Below, piece by piece: positions 52,464-60,320 of a DNA stretch of 64,000 nucleotides. The notes below the pieces were generated by a model. It made no database searches and had not been told where the DNA came from. It worked only from the letters and a program-made list of their open reading frames with translations. A program made the translations under genes and the position numbers. Numbering within the stretch: position 1 is the first letter of the stretch; every line of letters begins with the position of its first letter. The stretch lies in the sequence record SRR20825019_488. One strand, 5' to 3'.

Positions 52464-54602
52464 ATGAACGCTAAAGCACAGGCAGTGATAACAACAATTC
52501 CAATGCAGGAAGCTTCGCTGGACATCTGGAACAGCAAGTACCAACTCAAAACCAAGACCGGCGAACCCGTCGATAAGGACATCGAAGCAACCTACGAGCG
52601 TGTTGCCACTGCCCTTGCCGAAGTGGAAAACAAAGCCAACCGCGCCAAGCACAAGAAAGAATTCGTCTGGGCCCTGCGCCACGGTGCCATCCCCGCTGGC
52701 CGCATTACCTCCAACGCCGGTGCGGAAGCCCACAAACCAGCCACGTCCACCATCAACTGCACCGTGTCTGGCTCCGTTCAGGACTCCATGAACGACATCC
52801 TGGAAAAAAACCACGAAGCCGGCCTCACCCTCAAAGCCGGTTGTGGTATTGGTTATGAATTCTCCACCCTGCGCCCCCGCGGCGCCTACGTTGCCGGTGC
52901 GGGTGCCACCACCTCCGGCCCGCTGTCGTTCATGGATATCTTCGACCGCATGTGCTTCACCGTGTCTTCCGCCGGTGGCCGCCGTGGCGCGCAGATGGCC
53001 ACCTTCGACGTACACCACCCGGACGTCATCGACTTCATCCAGGCCAAGCGTGAAGACGGCCGCCTGCGCCAGTTCAACCTGTCGCTGCTGATCACCGAAG
53101 ACTTCATCGAAGCCGTGCGCAACGGCGACGACTGGCACCTGTCGTTCCCCGTCACTGAAAAAGAAGTGGAAGACGAAGGCCTGGACCTGTCCGACGAAAC
53201 CCAGTTCGTGTACCGCGACTTCCCGATCCAGAAGGGTTACGTGGTCAATGGCGAAGGCAAGGTTGCGTGCCGCATCTACCGCACCCTGAAAGCCCAGTTC
53301 ATCTGGGACACCATCATGACCAGCACCTACGACTACGCCGAGCCAGGGTTCATCCTGATCGACAAGGTCAACCAGATGAACAACAACTGGTTCTGCGAAG
53401 ACATCCGCGCCACCAACCCCTGTGGCGAACAGCCCCTGCCCCCGTACGGCAGCTGCCTGCTGGGCTCTGTGAACCTGACCATGTTCGTGGACTACCCGTT
53501 CACCGACAAGGCCAGCTTCAACTATGAGAAGTACCGCAAAGTCGTGGGCATCTTTACCCGCATGCTGGACAACGTAGTGGAAATCAACGGCCTGCCGCTG
53601 GAAGAGCAGCGCCACGAAATTACCTACAAGCGCCGCCACGGCATGGGCATCCTCGGCCTGGGCTCCACCCTCGCCATGCTGCGTATGCCGTACGGCTCGT
53701 CCGAATCCGTGCAGTTTACCGAAGAAGTCGTACGTGAAATGGCCGTGGAAGGCTGGCGCCAGTCCCTGGCCCTGGCCGACGAAAAAGGCCCGGCGCCGAT
53801 CATGAACGACGAGTTTGAAGTCACCCCCAAGATGCTGACCAAGTGCCCGCAGCTGTCCCAGGACGGCTACAAACTGGGCGACAAGCTCAAGGGCAAGGTA
53901 CTGCACGCCAAGTACAGCAAGTACATGCAGCAGATCGCCGGCGTAGAGCCGGAGCTGATCGAGCAGCTGGCCGAGAAAGGTGGCCGCTTCACGCACCACA
54001 CCTCCATCGCGCCCACCGGCACCATCAGCCTGTCACTGGCCAACAACGCCAGTAACGGCATCGAGCCGAGCTTCTCGCACCACTACGCGCGTAACATCAT
54101 TCGCGAAGGGCGCAAGACCAAGGAAAAAGTCGACGTATTCTCCTTCGAGCTGCTGGCTTACCGCCACCTGGTTAACCCCGGTGCCATGCCCTTCTCCGAA
54201 GAAGAAGACAAGCGCCTGCCCCATTACTTCACCACGTCTGAAGACGTGACGCCGGCGCAGCACGTGGACATCCAGGCCGCGGCCCAACTGTGGGTGGACT
54301 CGTCCATCTCCAAGACCGCCAACGTGCCCCAGGACTTCGCGTATCCGGACTTCAAAGACATCTACATGTACGCCTACGACAAGGGCCTGAAGGGTTGCAC
54401 CACCTTCCGCTTTAACCCGGAAGCCTTCCAGGGCGTGCTGGTTCAGGAGAAAGACCTGGAAAACACACTGTACGAATTCACCCTGGACGACGGCAGCAAG
54501 GTGACCCTCAAGGGCAACGAACAGGTGGAGTACGACGGTGAGCTCCATAACGCCGCCAACCTGTTTGATGCGCTTAAAGAAGGCACCTACGGCAAATACT
54601 GA
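52464..54602 (+). CDS. nrdJa: Class II (B12-dependent) ribonucleotide reductase, large part
   Basis: PAGRI, TINC, GGRRGAQM, ATNPCGEQ, IAPTGTIS, KGCTTFR; no radical subunit adjacent; followed by nrdJb. Confidence 0.95.
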   Translation: MNAKAQAVITTIPMQEASLDIWNSKYQLKTKTGEPVDKDIEATYERVATALAEVENKANRAKHKKEFVWALRHGAIPAGRITSNAGAEAHKPATSTINCTVSGSVQDSMNDILEKNHEAGLTLKAGCGIGYEFSTLRPRGAYVAGAGATTSGPLSFMDIFDRMCFTVSSAGGRRGAQMATFDVHHPDVIDFIQAKREDGRLRQFNLSLLITEDFIEAVRNGDDWHLSFPVTEKEVEDEGLDLSDETQFVYRDFPIQKGYVVNGEGKVACRIYRTLKAQFIWDTIMTSTYDYAEPGFILIDKVNQMNNNWFCEDIRATNPCGEQPLPPYGSCLLGSVNLTMFVDYPFTDKASFNYEKYRKVVGIFTRMLDNVVEINGLPLEEQRHEITYKRRHGMGILGLGSTLAMLRMPYGSSESVQFTEEVVREMAVEGWRQSLALADEKGPAPIMNDEFEVTPKMLTKCPQLSQDGYKLGDKLKGKVLHAKYSKYMQQIAGVEPELIEQLAEKGGRFTHHTSIAPTGTISLSLANNASNGIEPSFSHHYARNIIREGRKTKEKVDVFSFELLAYRHLVNPGAMPFSEEEDKRLPHYFTTSEDVTPAQHVDIQAAAQLWVDSSISKTANVPQDFAYPDFKDIYMYAYDKGLKGCTTFRFNPEAFQGVLVQEKDLENTLYEFTLDDGSKVTLKGNEQVEYDGELHNAANLFDALKEGTYGKY

Positions 54603-54630
54603 TCCCGGGAACCGACACAGGACAACGAAC

Positions 54631-55320
54631 ATGACCGTTAAAATCAGCAACAAAATCGTCGGCTACCGCGTAAAGAAAGCCGACCCAGAAGCAGCACAAC
54701 CAGCCGCGCAGCCGGAAAACAAACCGGTTGAGATGAACGAATACATCGAGCGGCCGGACTTTCTGCTGGGCACCACCTACAAGATCAAGCCGCCGGTGGC
54801 CGAGCACGCGATGTACATCACCATCAATGACATCCTGCTCAACGAAGGCACCGACCACGAAAGCCGGCAGCCGTACGAAGTATTCATCAACTCCAAGTCG
54901 ATGGAACACTTCCAGTGGGTTATCGCCCTCACCCGCGTTGTCTCCGCCGTGTTCCGCAAAGGCGGCGACGTAACCTTCCTGGTGGAAGAACTGCGCAGCG
55001 TGTACGACCCCAACGGCGGCTACTTCAAGAAAGGCGGCGTATTCATGCCCTCACTTGTCGCCGAAATCGGCGCCGTGATCGAGAAGCACCTCAAGGCCAT
55101 CGGCCTGATTGAAAGCGAGGAAATGAGCGAAGTCACCAAACGCATCCTCGCCGAAAAACGCGCCGAATTCGAAGCCAGCCACACCACGGCCACGAACGAC
55201 GACAAAGCCGGCGACTACCCACCCAACGCCACCATGTGCGGCAAGTGCAGCACCAAGGCGGTGATTGTGATGGATGGGTGCGCGACTTGCCTGTCTTGTG
55301 GCGATAGTAAGTGCGGTTGA
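54631..55320 (+). CDS. nrdJb: Class II ribonucleotide reductase, small part (TSCPD-like plus C-terminal Cys cluster)
   Basis: GTTYKIK, YITIND, PYEVFIN; ends CGKC...GCATCLSCGDSKCG. Confidence 0.92.
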   Translation: MTVKISNKIVGYRVKKADPEAAQPAAQPENKPVEMNEYIERPDFLLGTTYKIKPPVAEHAMYITINDILLNEGTDHESRQPYEVFINSKSMEHFQWVIALTRVVSAVFRKGGDVTFLVEELRSVYDPNGGYFKKGGVFMPSLVAEIGAVIEKHLKAIGLIESEEMSEVTKRILAEKRAEFEASHTTATNDDKAGDYPPNATMCGKCSTKAVIVMDGCATCLSCGDSKCG

Positions 55321-55346
55321 GGTGATTGACTGCGATGTGTGATGAG

Positions 55347-55385
55347 AAGGCCTGGAGTGTGAAAGCTTCGGGCCTTTTTTGTTTT
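55347..55385 (+). terminator. Intrinsic terminator after nrdJb
   Basis: AAGGCCTGGAG-loop-CTTCGGGCCTTTTTTGTTTT. Confidence 0.85.
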
Positions 55386-55490
55386 CGCTCGGATGTAATC
55401 GCCTGACCGCTTCGTTATTACGTGGCGATATTACGACAGAGCTAGGCATCCGACTCGCAACATCTTGAAATATTGGCGGCTTTTAGGCGT

Positions 55491-55581
55491 GCGTTCTATA
55501 TTTTTGCGGAATAACGACGCGCAGTAATGCCGAAGTCACGTTTTGGAATATTGAAGCGTTCTATCAAGTACGCAGTTAGGT
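55491..55581 (+). other. Putative attI-like (or eroded attC) site; crossover G/TTAGGT at 55575-55581
   Basis: GTTAGGT is the exact complement of ACCTAAC (56980) closing cassette 1; no clear attC hairpin upstream; direct repeat GCGTTCTAT at 55491 and 55556. Confidence 0.6.
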
Positions 55582-55632
55582 ATAGGCGCTGATCGAAAAA
55601 TATCTTTATTTTTCAATAACAAGGAGAACGAA

Positions 55633-56574
55633 ATGCCAAATGTTGTAAGTATGATTAATTGGAAGGGTGGCGTGGGGAAAACATCACTTACGCTACATCT
55701 CGCGTCAGGTTTAGCTACACGGCATAGTAAGCGCGTTCTCCTGATTGACCTGGATGCTCAGTGCAACCTATCTTTTTTAGCTGTCGGCCTCTCTCCTTAT
55801 GTTGACCACACCTATAAGCGTAACGGGCCAACATTGAAAACGATTTTTGATGCATACTTTGATCGTAGTTCTCTGAATCCAAAAGATGTGATCTTGGAGA
55901 AGCAGGTTCGTGCGCGTGCCGGAAAGATATACACCCAAGTCGGTATCATCTTGTCTCACCAAGAACTCACCTTGCTAGATATGAAGCTTGCTCGTGAAAA
56001 GAGGTCGGGGAAGGACCATAGAGAGGAAACCCGATTTGAGATAGAAAAGCTTTCTGTAATTAAAAATATAATAGACTCAGTTTCGGATGAATACGATTAT
56101 GTACTTCTAGATTGCCCACCAAACGTCAATCTGGTTACCCAAAATGCTTTTTTTGCAAGCGACTACTATGTTGTTCCGGCGATTCCAGATTTTTTATCAA
56201 CCGTTGGTATCTCTTTGATTACAAAATACATGGATCAGTTCAATAAAGATTATAGTTCGATGTGGAGTTATGCAGGGCTTCCTGGAAGTTACAACGATAC
56301 AAAGTTTGGTGGAATTATTTTCAACATGGTTGACGAGTACGGTGGTGGTCCTAAGGACGGTCATCAGCAAATCATTAACTCCACTGCGTCGCAACTTGGC
56401 AAAGGAGCAGTTTTTGATAAATATGTTACGGATGGTGATGGCATGTCAGCGGCAGCACAAGTAAATCTTCCTGTATTTGCTTTTGCTGACCTACCACGAT
56501 CCCAGCAAAACGCCCAAAAGCAAGCTACGTATCTTGAGGGCGTGGTCGATGAGTTTATCACGCGAATTATATAA
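55633..56574 (+). CDS. ParA/Soj-family ATPase (cassette 1, gene 1)
   Basis: Deviant Walker A KGGVGKT, VLLIDLDAQCNLS, Walker B YVLLDCPP; RBS AAGGAG. Confidence 0.92.
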   Translation: MPNVVSMINWKGGVGKTSLTLHLASGLATRHSKRVLLIDLDAQCNLSFLAVGLSPYVDHTYKRNGPTLKTIFDAYFDRSSLNPKDVILEKQVRARAGKIYTQVGIILSHQELTLLDMKLAREKRSGKDHREETRFEIEKLSVIKNIIDSVSDEYDYVLLDCPPNVNLVTQNAFFASDYYVVPAIPDFLSTVGISLITKYMDQFNKDYSSMWSYAGLPGSYNDTKFGGIIFNMVDEYGGGPKDGHQQIINSTASQLGKGAVFDKYVTDGDGMSAAAQVNLPVFAFADLPRSQQNAQKQATYLEGVVDEFITRII

Positions 56575-56586
56575 GGTGGCTAATCT

Positions 56587-56985
56587 ATGAAGACACATGA
56601 GCTAGCCAACCAACTTGAATTGTTGGCAAAATTACTCAGAAGTATGCCAGACACTGAGTTTAGTGAAGCAAGTGGAGAGCAAGTGCAGCACTCTCTACAA
56701 CTATTTGAGAGCAAAACTACTAAGCCTTCTTCTCGTGCCAACAAATCATTGCCAAAAGGAATAGAAGAAAGCCTCTCAGGGAAATCTCCGGCTGAAATTG
56801 AAAAATTCCTTAGTTCCGAGGATGAGAACTTTTCCCTTAATAATCTCTTAGAGTTTGCGGAGCGTTTAGGTATTTCTACTTCAAAGCGGCAAAGCAAAAG
56901 TGCAGTAATAAACCTCATTACTAGGCATTTTGAGGCAAAGCAAATGCATTCGATAATTCGCAACACTAAGCCCGATGATACCTAA
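56587..56985 (+). CDS. Small hypothetical protein with C-terminal Rho-N/HeH-like motif (cassette 1, gene 2)
   Basis: 12 bp after the ParA stop; its stop TAA lies in the attC inverse core; SLNNLLEFAERLGI...SKSAVINLI pattern. Confidence 0.75.
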   Translation: MKTHELANQLELLAKLLRSMPDTEFSEASGEQVQHSLQLFESKTTKPSSRANKSLPKGIEESLSGKSPAEIEKFLSSEDENFSLNNLLEFAERLGISTSKRQSKSAVINLITRHFEAKQMHSIIRNTKPDDT

Positions 56986-57063
56986 CCAAAACAGGCACGG
57001 CGACGGCTACTCCACTGCGGCTGCGCCTCCATTCCGTAGCCGCGCGTGCTGTTGGCGTTAACG
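56980..57063 (+). repeat. attC site 1 (84 bp)
   Basis: ACCTAAC...GTTAACG; arms ACAG(G)CACG/CGTGCTGT and GCG(A)CGGCTAC/GTAGCCGCGC with typical extrahelical bases. Confidence 0.93.
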
Positions 57064-57085
57064 TTTTATCTATCAGAAGGAGTTC

Positions 57086-57733
57086 GTGTTGTCTCTGAAA
57101 GGTTTGATTGAAGAAGGTGCTGTAGCGAAACGTCTACTGAAGCCCGTTTTTTCGTGGGGTAGAGGCTCCTGGTTCAAAAGGCTTTTGGTTTTAAGTCTGT
57201 TTGGTCTGATTTTTATCACTGGTTACTACCTATTACTTCAGTCACTGCTTTCAGAGGTCAGAAAGCATGATGATCAGGTGTCAAAAGAAAGGAATCGGAT
57301 TGTAGACGCAAGTCTCTACCAAGCAACGATTGGTTTTGCGGAGCTGTGTCTTAAACCGGCAACGATAGATAAAGAGAACGCCTCTTGGTATTGCGAAAAG
57401 GCTTTGCAGTTGTATAAGAACAACAACAAAGGAACGCCACCTGAATTAAGGAATGAGATTGTCGAACGTAAGGCGTACGGGGCTATGGTTGCCGACATGG
57501 AATCTCAACTTAGAGGTATCAAGCTAGATCGACTTGATCAGACGTCCCCTGCTCTTGATTGGCTTGATCAGATATTGAGCAAAACTGGTATGTTTTTAAC
57601 ATTGTCCTTGGCTCTCTTCGGTATTTTGGCTTTGGTGTACGGCCTATATTTACACCGTGACAATTCGGAATCTGATGAGCCAGAAGGGGGTTCCAGTAAT
57701 TCTCAAAACACGTTAACAAGTGGGTCAAGCTGA
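57086..57733 (+). CDS. Two-TM membrane protein of unknown function (cassette 2)
   Basis: GTG start after AAGGAG, two hydrophobic segments flanking a helical domain with two Cys; stop falls inside attC2. Confidence 0.78.
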   Translation: MLSLKGLIEEGAVAKRLLKPVFSWGRGSWFKRLLVLSLFGLIFITGYYLLLQSLLSEVRKHDDQVSKERNRIVDASLYQATIGFAELCLKPATIDKENASWYCEKALQLYKNNNKGTPPELRNEIVERKAYGAMVADMESQLRGIKLDRLDQTSPALDWLDQILSKTGMFLTLSLALFGILALVYGLYLHRDNSESDEPEGGSSNSQNTLTSGSS

Positions 57734-57788
57734 CCGGGGTAAGTCCAACAATGTGCTTCGCACGTTGCCCCTTCGCAAAGCGTTAGGC
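57711..57788 (+). repeat. attC site 2 (78 bp, different family, damaged L' arm)
   Basis: CGTTAAC (complement of GTTAACG at 57057) ... GTTAGGC; central GTGC-TTC-GCAC hairpin; L'' GGGTCAAG lacks a matching partner. Confidence 0.78.
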
Positions 57789-57799
57789 ATGAGGGAGTT

Positions 57800-58291
57800 A
57801 TGGATAATTCTGACTACATAGCACTTGGATCGGCTGTAATTGCTTTGGCGGCTTTTGGAGTCGCCATATGGCAGGGACATATAAGCCGACGGCACAATAT
57901 TTTGTCAGTTAAGCCACGCTTTCATATTGATAAGAGCTATATCGAAGGCCTTCACTATCGGCTGGAGAGTCAGGGGCTAGGTCCTGGAGTAGTGAGAGAA
58001 TTTTCCATTCTTGTGAATGAGCAAGAAATTACCGACCCTACAGAAGATCCATGGCCCGACATATTCAAAGCTCTAGGGGTAACCGGGATCAATTATGATT
58101 TTCACATCCCGGCGGTTGGATCAACCCACGCACCCAACACCTCAAGGCAGCTGCTAAGCGTTACCTTTGCCAATATTTCAACTGACCCCAAAGTGATTGA
58201 GACGATTGATCAAGCAATAAACTTTAGGATTAAATTCAAATCACTGTATGAGAATGAGATGTTCTCTTACAAAGGGGGGGAGGATGCCTAA
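57800..58291 (+). CDS. N-terminally anchored membrane protein of unknown function (cassette 3)
   Basis: RBS GAGGGAG, one N-terminal TM, stop TAA inside GCCTAAC. Confidence 0.8.
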   Translation: MDNSDYIALGSAVIALAAFGVAIWQGHISRRHNILSVKPRFHIDKSYIEGLHYRLESQGLGPGVVREFSILVNEQEITDPTEDPWPDIFKALGVTGINYDFHIPAVGSTHAPNTSRQLLSVTFANISTDPKVIETIDQAINFRIKFKSLYENEMFSYKGGEDA

Positions 58292-58370
58292 CCATCGCAG
58301 GCACAGCGACGGCTTCTCCATTGCAGCTTCGCCTCCCCTCCATTCCAAAGCCGCGCATGCTGCAGGCGTT
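58286..58370 (+). repeat. attC site 3 (same family as attC1), interrupted after GTT by a MITE
   Basis: GCCTAAC complementary to GTTAGGC (57782); aligns with attC1 apart from a CCTCC duplication. Confidence 0.92.
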
Positions 58371-58538
58371 GAGGCTGTAGAAAATGTCCCGAGGTATTCT
58401 GGGGTGGCGCTCATACGTGAAATTTGAAGGATTTTTCGGAGCAAAATATGCCTCAGATTTTATGAAAAGGCGCTATTTTTAGTGCGAAATTTAAACAACT
58501 CGAGGCTTCGAAATAACTCTGGGGTTTTCTACAGCCTC
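58371..58538. mobile_element. 168-bp non-coding MITE with 14-bp perfect terminal inverted repeats
   Basis: GAGGCTGTAGAAAA ... TTTTCTACAGCCTC, flanked by GTT on both sides (58368-58370 and 58539-58541). Confidence 0.88.
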
Positions 58539-58554
58539 GTTAGGCGAGAATCGA

Positions 58555-59049
58555 ATGAGCATACTAGCCACACATGCACAGGATTTCCTGAATGCCTACG
58601 AGATCTTAAGGGAGAGCAACGACTCGTTCGTTAAACAGAACATACCTGATGCAGATGAACGGTGTATCGGAAAAACTTTTGGTACTCGTCCTGCAATGGG
58701 TGTCGATATCGTTTGCTTGGCATTTTCGGTCGAATTGCATTTGAAGGAACTGCATCGGGTGTCTTATGGCAAGATCCCTCGAGGACACAAGATCATTGAG
58801 CTTTTCAAGGCTTTGTCGGGAGCAGAACAGGAAGGAGTCGTTTCTCACCATTCCATAGCACGATACGGTTGGGATTGCGCACAATTGAAATGTGAGCTAC
58901 TTGCCATCAGCGACAGTTTCGAAAAGTGGAGATACGCCTACGAGAGCACAGCCCTCCGGTACAACATTTATTTCGCGAAGGCTCTAATAGAGGCTCTGCA
59001 ATTCGTAGCAGCAAGAAAAGGAGGCGTGCATGAGGCAAGGCGCACCTAG
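58555..59049 (+). CDS. HEPN-superfamily-like protein (cassette 4)
   Basis: AFSVELHLK, RGHKIIELFKAL and FEKWRYAYE resemble the HEPN E..LK / H.L..L / RY motifs. Confidence 0.68.
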   Translation: MSILATHAQDFLNAYEILRESNDSFVKQNIPDADERCIGKTFGTRPAMGVDIVCLAFSVELHLKELHRVSYGKIPRGHKIIELFKALSGAEQEGVVSHHSIARYGWDCAQLKCELLAISDSFEKWRYAYESTALRYNIYFAKALIEALQFVAARKGGVHEARRT

Positions 59050-59127
59050 CAAGCGCAGACATCGCGACGGCTTTTTCATTGCGGCTTCGCCTTCATTTCA
59101 AAGCCGCGCATGCTGCGGTCGTTATAT
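59044..59127 (+). repeat. attC site 4 (84 bp, attC1 family; inverse core AAC changed to AGC)
   Basis: ACCTAGC...GTTATAT; aligns with attC1 and attC3 (GCGACGGCT...AAAGCCGCGCATGCTGC). Confidence 0.9.
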
Positions 59128-59143
59128 TTTACAGGGAGGTTGA

Positions 59144-59704
59144 ATGGACACCCAGCAGTTACTTGAGGCTGCGCAGACAATCGACATTCTTCGATCAATG
59201 TTCGCCGATGATAAAAACGAATGGTTGCCGGTCATTGCAGCAATTGGGGGTGCATTCGTAGGCGGTATCTCGACCTTCGTCCCTAGCTATCTTCTGGAAA
59301 AGAGGAAGTTAAAGCAGGAGGCGCGCTCCGTAGAAACCGCCCTTGTTTCCGAAGTATCAGCCTTGCTCGAGGTTATTGAGCATCGAAGGTACGTCTACGG
59401 ATTGGAGGAGTCGGTTCACTATCTCAAGCAGAATCCTGGTAAGAAAAAGGTTTTTGCGACAAAAATACCTGAGCACTACTCACGTATTTATCAAGAGCAC
59501 ATCTCCAAGATTGGTCTGCTTCACCCCGACCTGTCTGCAAAAATCATCCGGTTTCATCAACTGATAGATTCGGGAGTCCAAGACATCTCTACAGGAGGCT
59601 TTATCGCAGAAACTGGTGGTGGCATTGAAGCTTTCGAAGAGTTACTCGAAATATTCTATTCGGCAGTGAAGATCGGCCGAGAGATTGTCGGAACAGAAAT
59701 ATAA
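59144..59704 (+). CDS. Single-TM helical protein of unknown function (cassette 5)
   Basis: RBS GGAGG, hydrophobic segment WLPVIAAIGGAFVGG, stop TAA inside ATATAAC. Confidence 0.8.
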   Translation: MDTQQLLEAAQTIDILRSMFADDKNEWLPVIAAIGGAFVGGISTFVPSYLLEKRKLKQEARSVETALVSEVSALLEVIEHRRYVYGLEESVHYLKQNPGKKKVFATKIPEHYSRIYQEHISKIGLLHPDLSAKIIRFHQLIDSGVQDISTGGFIAETGGGIEAFEELLEIFYSAVKIGREIVGTEI

Positions 59705-59759
59705 CCAGTCGCTGTAGTACGCGGTGCACTTACCCCAGTGAGAGAGGCTGCCGTTGATG
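59699..59759 (+). repeat. Truncated attC site 5 (left arm only)
   Basis: ATATAAC is the exact complement of GTTATAT (59121); CAGTCGCTGTAG follows but there is no complementary right arm. Confidence 0.7.
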
Positions 59760-60320
59760 GACGAAGAGGAATCCCTAAACAGAGCAATTCACGAAGATGT
59801 GAAGCTCTACCAATACAACCCCAACTGGCCAGCAATGTTCCAGGATGAGCGGGACCGCCTCCTTCATTTGTTTCCGGGTGAGTTTCTGGCGATCGAACAT
59901 ATCGGCAGCACCGCAGTACCCGGCCTATCGGCCAAGCCGATCATCGATATCCTGGCGGGGGTAGATTCGATGTCACGGGCCGATGAGTTAATGGAACCGT
60001 TGTGCCAGTCAAAATACGCTACCTCAATGGATTTCAATGCCTCGTTAGTGGATCGGCGTTGGCTTATGCGATGGGCCGAGGGGCGCAGGACACATCACCT
60101 GCATCTTATGGTGTTCGGTAGTCAGGAGTGGGATCGGCGCCTGGCCTTTCGGAACATACTTCGTGCCAATACGGAACTGGCACAACGGTATGAGCAAAAT
60201 AAGCGGATGTGGGTGGCGGAATTCCGTTCGGATAGAGAGGCCTATACTGCGGCTAAAGCAGATTTTATACGGGAGGCATTGAACCACTGCAACCCAGCTT
60301 CAGGACACAAGATCAGATGA
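59757..60320 (+). CDS. GrpB-family (nucleotidyltransferase-fold) protein
   Basis: YNPNWP..F..E, IEHIGSTAVPGLSAKPIIDI, HHLHL, FRNILR, YTAAK. Confidence 0.9.
   Translation: MDEEESLNRAIHEDVKLYQYNPNWPAMFQDERDRLLHLFPGEFLAIEHIGSTAVPGLSAKPIIDILAGVDSMSRADELMEPLCQSKYATSMDFNASLVDRRWLMRWAEGRRTHHLHLMVFGSQEWDRRLAFRNILRANTELAQRYEQNKRMWVAEFRSDREAYTAAKADFIREALNHCNPASGHKIR

Noticed and set aside
52338-53999. 553-aa minus-strand ORF, and similar long antisense ORFs such as 24774-25706 and 47298-48164
   Set aside because: They lie wholly or largely antisense to well-supported genes and show no motifs; they are typical shadow frames in GC-biased coding DNA.
55386-55632. LexA (SOS) box typical of integron integrase promoters
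   Set aside because: No CTG-N10-CAG match was found.
55633-56574. ParA as the chromosomal or a plasmid partition locus
   Set aside because: No parB, parS palindrome, rep or origin context is visible, and the gene lies inside an attC-bounded cassette.
58371-58538. The 168-bp segment as an ORF-less integron cassette, since GTT on both sides could also arise by IntI insertion
   Set aside because: It has no internal inverse core (CCTCAAC) or attC hairpin, whereas perfect terminal inverted repeats fit a MITE.
56980-59127. Repeated 84-89 bp elements considered as a CRISPR array
   Set aside because: The repeats are too long and imperfect, are separated by whole genes and have attC architecture; no cas genes are present.
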